Origin: a phage
Length of the DNA stretch: 64,000 bases
Reading direction: 5' to 3' (one strand)
Sequence record: PX915678.1
This document shows, piece after piece, positions 58,638-64,000 of this stretch. The translations under genes were made by a program, and so were the position numbers. Under the pieces are notes generated by a model, which was not told the origin of the DNA, ran no database searches, and saw only the letters and a program-made list of their open reading frames with translations. Numbering within the stretch: position 1 is the stretch's first letter; the number at the start of each line of letters is the position of its first letter.

Positions 58638-58645
58638 GATTTAAA

Positions 58646-60628
58646 ATGGCAAATACCCCTGTAAATTATCAATTAACAAGAACAGCAAATGCTATTCCCG
58701 AGATATTCGTCGGGGGTACATTTGCTGAAATAAAACAAAACCTCATTGAATGGCTTAATGGCCAAAATGAATTTTTGGATTATGATTTTGAAGGCTCAAG
58801 ATTAAACGTTCTGTGCGACCTTTTGGCTTATAATACATTATACATTCAGCAGTTTGGTAATGCTGCCTTGTACGAAAGCTTTATGCGTACTGCTAATTTG
58901 CGTAGTTCAGTAGTTCAAGCTGCACAAGATAATGGATATTTACCTACTTCAAAATCAGCTGCTCAAACTGAAATTATGCTAACTTGCACAGACGCATTGA
59001 ATAGAAATTACATTACTATTCCTCGTGGTACTCGCTTTTTAGCATATGCAAAGGATACTTCCGTTAATCCTTACAACTTTGTATCTACCGAAGATGTTAT
59101 TGCTATTCGTGATAAAAATAACCAATATTTTCCGCGTTTAAAATTAGCCCAGGGGCGTATAGTAAGAACTGAAATCATCTATGATAAATTAACACCTATT
59201 ATCATTTATGACAAAAATATAGATAGAAATCAAGTTAAACTATACGTTGATGGAGCAGAATGGATTAACTGGACAAGAAAGTCAATGGTTCATGCTGGTT
59301 CTACATCGACAATTTACTACATGCGTGAAACTATTGATGGAAATACTGAGTTTTATTTTGGTGAAGGTGAGATTTCTGTTAATGCGGCAGAAGGAGCATT
59401 GACTGCTAATTATATTGGAGGTCTTAAACCTACTCAGAACTCTACGATTGTTATTGAGTACATCAGTACTAACGGTGCGGATGCGAATGGCGCAGTCGGA
59501 TTTTCATATGCAGATACATTAACAAATATAACTGTCATCAATATTAATGAAAATCCAAACGATGACCCAGATTTTGTTGGGGCAGATGGCGGCGGTGATC
59601 CAGAAGATATTGAACGTATTCGTGAATTGGGTACTATTAAACGCGAGACCCAGCAACGCTGCGTAACTGCGACGGATTATGATACATTCGTTTCAGAGAG
59701 ATTTGGTTCTATTATTCAAGCAGTTCAGACTTTCACTGATTCTACTAAACCTGGTTATGCATTTATTGCTGCTAAACCTAAATCAGGTCTGTATTTAACT
59801 ACCGTACAGCGCGAAGATATTAAAAATTATCTCAAAGACTATAATTTAGCTCCTATTACACCATCAATTATTTCTCCTAATTATCTTTTTATTAAGACTA
59901 ATTTAAAGGTCACATATGCTTTAAATAAGCTACAAGAATCTGAGCAGTGGCTCGAAGGTCAAATAATTGATAAAATTGATCGTTATTATACCGAAGATGT
60001 AGAAATTTTTAACTCATCTTTCGCTAAATCTAAGATGTTGACATATGTAGATGATGCAGATCATTCTATCATTGGCTCATCAGCGACAATTCAAATTGTT
60101 CGTGAAGTACAAAACTTCTATAAAACGCCTGAAGCAGGTATTAAATACAATAATCAAATAAAAGATCGTTCTATGGAATCTAATACGTTTTCATTTAATT
60201 CTGGACGAAAGGTTGTAAATCATGATACTGGTTTAGAAGAAGATGTATTATATGACGTTCGCATAGTATCAACAGACCGAGATTCTAAAGGAATTGGTAA
60301 AGTTATTATTGGTCCATTTGCTTCTGGCGATGTTACAGAAAATGAAAACATTCAGCCATATTCAGGCAACGATTTTAACAAATTAGCAAATTCTGATGGA
60401 CGCGACAAATACTATGTTATCGGTGAAATAAATTATCCAGCTGATGTGATTTATTGGAATATCGCTAAAATTAATTTAACATCTGAAAAATTTGAAGTTC
60501 AGACTATTGAATTATATTCTGACCCAACCGATGATGTTATTTTTACTCGCGACGGTTCACTGATTGTATTTGAAAATGACTTACGTCCACAATACTTAAC
60601 TATCGATTTGGAGCCTATATCACAATGA
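58646..60628 (+). CDS. 6: Baseplate wedge protein gp6
   Basis: 660-aa ORF, T4 gp6 length. Confidence 0.92.
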   Translation: MANTPVNYQLTRTANAIPEIFVGGTFAEIKQNLIEWLNGQNEFLDYDFEGSRLNVLCDLLAYNTLYIQQFGNAALYESFMRTANLRSSVVQAAQDNGYLPTSKSAAQTEIMLTCTDALNRNYITIPRGTRFLAYAKDTSVNPYNFVSTEDVIAIRDKNNQYFPRLKLAQGRIVRTEIIYDKLTPIIIYDKNIDRNQVKLYVDGAEWINWTRKSMVHAGSTSTIYYMRETIDGNTEFYFGEGEISVNAAEGALTANYIGGLKPTQNSTIVIEYISTNGADANGAVGFSYADTLTNITVININENPNDDPDFVGADGGGDPEDIERIRELGTIKRETQQRCVTATDYDTFVSERFGSIIQAVQTFTDSTKPGYAFIAAKPKSGLYLTTVQREDIKNYLKDYNLAPITPSIISPNYLFIKTNLKVTYALNKLQESEQWLEGQIIDKIDRYYTEDVEIFNSSFAKSKMLTYVDDADHSIIGSSATIQIVREVQNFYKTPEAGIKYNNQIKDRSMESNTFSFNSGRKVVNHDTGLEEDVLYDVRIVSTDRDSKGIGKVIIGPFASGDVTENENIQPYSGNDFNKLANSDGRDKYYVIGEINYPADVIYWNIAKINLTSEKFEVQTIELYSDPTDDVIFTRDGSLIVFENDLRPQYLTIDLEPISQ

Positions 60629-63600
60629 CAGTAAAAGCACCTTCAGTCACTAGTCTCAGAATTTCCAAGTTATCCGCAAATCAGGTGCAAGTACGCTGGG
60701 ATGACGTTGGTGCTAATTTCTACTATTTTGTAGAAATCGCTGAGACAAAAACAAACTCGGGGGAAAATCTCCCGAGTGATCAATACCGTTGGATTAACTT
60801 AGGATATACTGCAAATAACAGCTTCTTTTTTGATGATGCTGACCCATTGACATCATATGTTATTAGAGTAGCTACAGCTGCACAAGATTTTGAGCAGTCT
60901 GATTGGATTTATACCGAAGAGTTTGAAACTTTTGCTACAAATGCTTATACATTTCAAAACATGATTGAAATGCAATTAGCCAATAAATTCATTCAGGAAA
61001 AATTTACTCTTAATAATTCTAACTATGTTAATTTTAATAATGACACTATAATGGCTGCATTGATGAATGAATCGTTCCAATTCAGCCCATCATACGTTGA
61101 CGTTTCATCAATAAGTAATTTTATTATTGGTGAAAATGAATATCATGAAATACAAGGTTCTATTCAGCAAGTATGTAAGGATATTAACCGAGTTTATTTG
61201 ATGGAATCAGAAGGGATTCTATATCTTTTTGAGCGCTATCAGCCTGTAGTTAAAGTATCCAATGATAAAGGACAAACATGGAAAGCTGTAAAGCTCTTCA
61301 ATGACCGCGTAGGATATCCTTTATCTAAGACGGTATATTACCAATCTGCGAACACAACATACGTTCTAGGATACGACAAGATTTTCTATGGCCGCAAATC
61401 TACTGATGTCAGATGGTCAGCTGACGATGTCAGATTTAGTTCGCAGGATATAACATTCGCTAAACTTGGCGATCAATTACATTTAGGATTTGATGTAGAA
61501 ATTTTTGCCACTTACGCGACTTTACCAGCGAATGTATATCGCATTGCAGAAGCTATTACTTGCACCGATGATTACATTTACGTTGTCGCCAGAGACAAAG
61601 TTAGATACATAAAAACGAGTAATGCGCCTATAGATTCTGATCCATTATCTCCAACATATTCGGAAAGGCTTTTTGAACCTGATACTATGACTATAACTGG
61701 AAATCCTAAAGCAGTATGCTATAAAATGGATTCTATCGGTGATAAAGTTTTTGCTCTTATTATTGGTGAAGTTGAAACATTAAATGCTAATCCTAGAACA
61801 TCAAAAATAATTGATTCTGCTGATAAAGGAATATATGTTTTAAATCATGACACAAAAACGTGGAAAAGAGTTTTTGGCAATACTGAAGAAGAAAGAAGAC
61901 GTATTCAACCAGGGTATGCGAATATGTCAACTGACGGTAAATTAGTTTCGCTATCTTCGAGTAATTTTAAATTTTTAAGTGATAATATTGTTAATGACCC
62001 TGAAACTGCATCAAAATACCAGTTAATCGGTGCCGTTAAATATGAATTTCCTCGTGAATGGTTAGCTGATAAGCATTATCATATGATGGCATTTATAGCA
62101 GATGAAAAATCTGATTGGGAAACTTTTACGCCTCAGCCAATGAAATACTATGCAGAACCATTCTTTAATTGGTCTAAAAAATCTAACACACGATGTTGGA
62201 TAAACAACTCTGATAGAGCTGTAGTAGTTTATGCTGATTTAAAATACACTAAAGTTATTGAAAATTTTCCAGAAACATCTCCAGATAGATTAGTTCATGA
62301 ATACTGGGATGACGGCGATTGCACTATAGTAATGCCAAATGTTAAATTCACTGGATTTAAAAAATATGCATCTGGGATGCTTTTTTATAAGTCTTCTGGT
62401 GAAATAATTTCTTACTACGATTTTAACTATCGTGTTAGAGACACTGTCGAAATTATTTGGAAGCCAACTGGAGTATTTTTAAAAGCATTTTTACAAAACC
62501 AAGAACATGAAACTCCTTGGTCGCCTGAAGAAGAGCGTGGATTAGCTGACCCTGATTTAAGACCATTGATTGGCACAATGATGCCTGATTCTTATTTGTT
62601 ACAGGATTCGAATTTTGAAGCATTTTGCGAAGCATATATTCAATATCTTTCTGATGGATATGGAACTCAGTATAATAATTTACGAAATTTAATTCGTAAC
62701 AAATATCCACGAGAAGAGCATGCATGGGAATATTTGTGGTCAGAGATATATAAAAGAAACATTTATTTAAATGCTGACAAACGTGATGCTGTTGCAAGAT
62801 TTTTCGAATCACGTAGCTATGATTTTTATTCTACTAAAGGAATTGAAGCATCATACAAATTTCTTTTTAAAGTTCTTTATAATGAAGAGGTTGAAATTGA
62901 AATTGAATCTGGGGCTGGTACTGAATATGATATAATCGTTCAATCTGATTCTTTGACTGAAGACTTAGTAGGACAAACGATTTATACAGCTACAGGAAGA
63001 TGTAATGTTACTTATATAGAAAGAAGCTATTCTAATGGTAAATTGCAATGGACCGTAACTATTCATAATCTTTTGGGAAGATTAATTGCTGGTCAAGAAG
63101 TTAAAGCAGAAAGACTTCCTAGTTTTGAAGGCGAAATTATTCGTGGAGTTAAAGGAAAGGATTTGCTTCAAAATAATATAGACTATATTAATAGAAGTCG
63201 ATCATATTATGTAATGAAAATTAAATCCAATTTGCCTTCTTCCCGCTGGAAATCTGACGTTATTCGTTTTGTTCATCCAGTAGGATTTGGATTTATAGCA
63301 ATTACCCTTTTAACGATGTTTATTAATGTTGGTTTAACTCTTAAACATACAGAGACTATAATTAATAAATACAAAAACTACAAATGGGATTCTGGATTGC
63401 CTACCGAATATGCTGATAGAGTAGCTAAATTGACTCCGACTGGTGAAATTGAGCATGATTCGGTAACAGGCGAAGCAATTTATGAACCTGGCCCAATGGC
63501 TGGCGTAGAATATCCTCTTCCTGATGACTATAATGCTGAAAATAACAATTCAATATTTCAAGGTCAATTGCCGTCTGAACGACGCAAATTAATGAGTCCT

Positions 63601-63723
63601 TTATTTGATGCATCTGGAACAACATTTGCACAATTTAGAGATTTAGTTAATAAACGTCTAAAAGATAATATAGGAAATCCAAGAGACCCTGAAAATCCAA
63701 CACAGGTTAAAATAGATGAATGA
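60625..63723 (+). CDS. 7: Baseplate wedge protein gp7
   Basis: 1032-aa ORF, T4 gp7 length. Confidence 0.92.
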   Translation: MTVKAPSVTSLRISKLSANQVQVRWDDVGANFYYFVEIAETKTNSGENLPSDQYRWINLGYTANNSFFFDDADPLTSYVIRVATAAQDFEQSDWIYTEEFETFATNAYTFQNMIEMQLANKFIQEKFTLNNSNYVNFNNDTIMAALMNESFQFSPSYVDVSSISNFIIGENEYHEIQGSIQQVCKDINRVYLMESEGILYLFERYQPVVKVSNDKGQTWKAVKLFNDRVGYPLSKTVYYQSANTTYVLGYDKIFYGRKSTDVRWSADDVRFSSQDITFAKLGDQLHLGFDVEIFATYATLPANVYRIAEAITCTDDYIYVVARDKVRYIKTSNAPIDSDPLSPTYSERLFEPDTMTITGNPKAVCYKMDSIGDKVFALIIGEVETLNANPRTSKIIDSADKGIYVLNHDTKTWKRVFGNTEEERRRIQPGYANMSTDGKLVSLSSSNFKFLSDNIVNDPETASKYQLIGAVKYEFPREWLADKHYHMMAFIADEKSDWETFTPQPMKYYAEPFFNWSKKSNTRCWINNSDRAVVVYADLKYTKVIENFPETSPDRLVHEYWDDGDCTIVMPNVKFTGFKKYASGMLFYKSSGEIISYYDFNYRVRDTVEIIWKPTGVFLKAFLQNQEHETPWSPEEERGLADPDLRPLIGTMMPDSYLLQDSNFEAFCEAYIQYLSDGYGTQYNNLRNLIRNKYPREEHAWEYLWSEIYKRNIYLNADKRDAVARFFESRSYDFYSTKGIEASYKFLFKVLYNEEVEIEIESGAGTEYDIIVQSDSLTEDLVGQTIYTATGRCNVTYIERSYSNGKLQWTVTIHNLLGRLIAGQEVKAERLPSFEGEIIRGVKGKDLLQNNIDYINRSRSYYVMKIKSNLPSSRWKSDVIRFVHPVGFGFIAITLLTMFINVGLTLKHTETIINKYKNYKWDSGLPTEYADRVAKLTPTGEIEHDSVTGEAIYEPGPMAGVEYPLPDDYNAENNNSIFQGQLPSERRKLMSPLFDASGTTFAQFRDLVNKRLKDNIGNPRDPENPTQVKIDE

Positions 63724-64000
63724 TTCAAGTGTTATCTATCGTGCGATAGTTACTTCAAAATTTAGAACAGAAAAAATGTTGAATTTTTATAATTCAATTG
63801 GAAGTGGTTCGGATAAAAACACTATCTTTATCACATTTGGAAGATCAGAACCGTGGTCATCAAATGAAAATGAGGTGGGCTTTGCTCCACCTTATCCAAC
63901 TGATTCTGTATTGGGTGTAACTGACATGTGGACTCATATGATGGGAACTGTAAAGGTTCTTCCATCTATGCTTGATGCAGTTATTCCTCGTAGAGATTGG
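63716..64000 (+). CDS. 8: Baseplate wedge protein gp8, N-terminal 95 codons (partial)
   Basis: ATG 63716 overlapping gp7 stop; MNDSSVIYRAIVTSKFRTEKMLNFYNSIG matches T4 gp8 as recalled. Confidence 0.9.
   Translation, partial: MNDSSVIYRAIVTSKFRTEKMLNFYNSIGSGSDKNTIFITFGRSEPWSSNENEVGFAPPYPTDSVLGVTDMWTHMMGTVKVLPSMLDAVIPRRDW

Overview
This 64-kb window looks like a contiguous piece of a T-even (T4-like, Tequatrovirus-type) coliphage genome, running from the 5' part of helicase gene 41 (partial, minus strand) to the start of baseplate gene 8 (partial, plus strand). All calls are from reading the sequence and recalling T4 proteins; nothing was database-checked. Positions 1-55465 are almost entirely minus-strand early/middle genes; 55513-64000 carry plus-strand late baseplate genes 53-5-5.1-5.4-6-7-8. 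Recognisable genes include 41, uvsX, 42, imm, 43, regA, 62, 44, 45, rpbA, 46, 47, agt, 55, nrdH, nrdG, nrdD, 49, nrdC, rI, tk, regB, denV, e, nudE, 57B/acb1, 57A, 1, 3, 2 and 4. There is a cluster of ten minus-strand tRNA genes at 48739-49570. Regulatory signals are dense: about a dozen T4 early promoters, two MotA-type middle promoters, several TATAAATA late promoters, a family of UUCG-tetraloop terminator hairpins and the gene 43 translational operator. Neighbouring genes often share ATGA/TAATG stop-start overlaps. The least explained material sits in the accessory zones nrdC-tk (24.7-36.6 kb), tk-e (37.2-42.9 kb) and e-tRNA (43.5-48.7 kb). The strongest candidates for something undescribed are a tandem array of four divergent paralogs with coiled-coil tails (25307-29287), an AAA+ ATPase next to a Pol-beta-type nucleotidyltransferase (30729-32825), a macro-domain protein (37962-38441) and a trio of paralogous membrane proteins (43926-45180). 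Other departures from canonical T4, as I recall it, are a non-beta-gt glycosyltransferase at the beta-gt locus, an HNH endonuclease between genes 3 and 2, and tRNA-Tyr/Asn genes. Starts of many small ORFs are uncertain.
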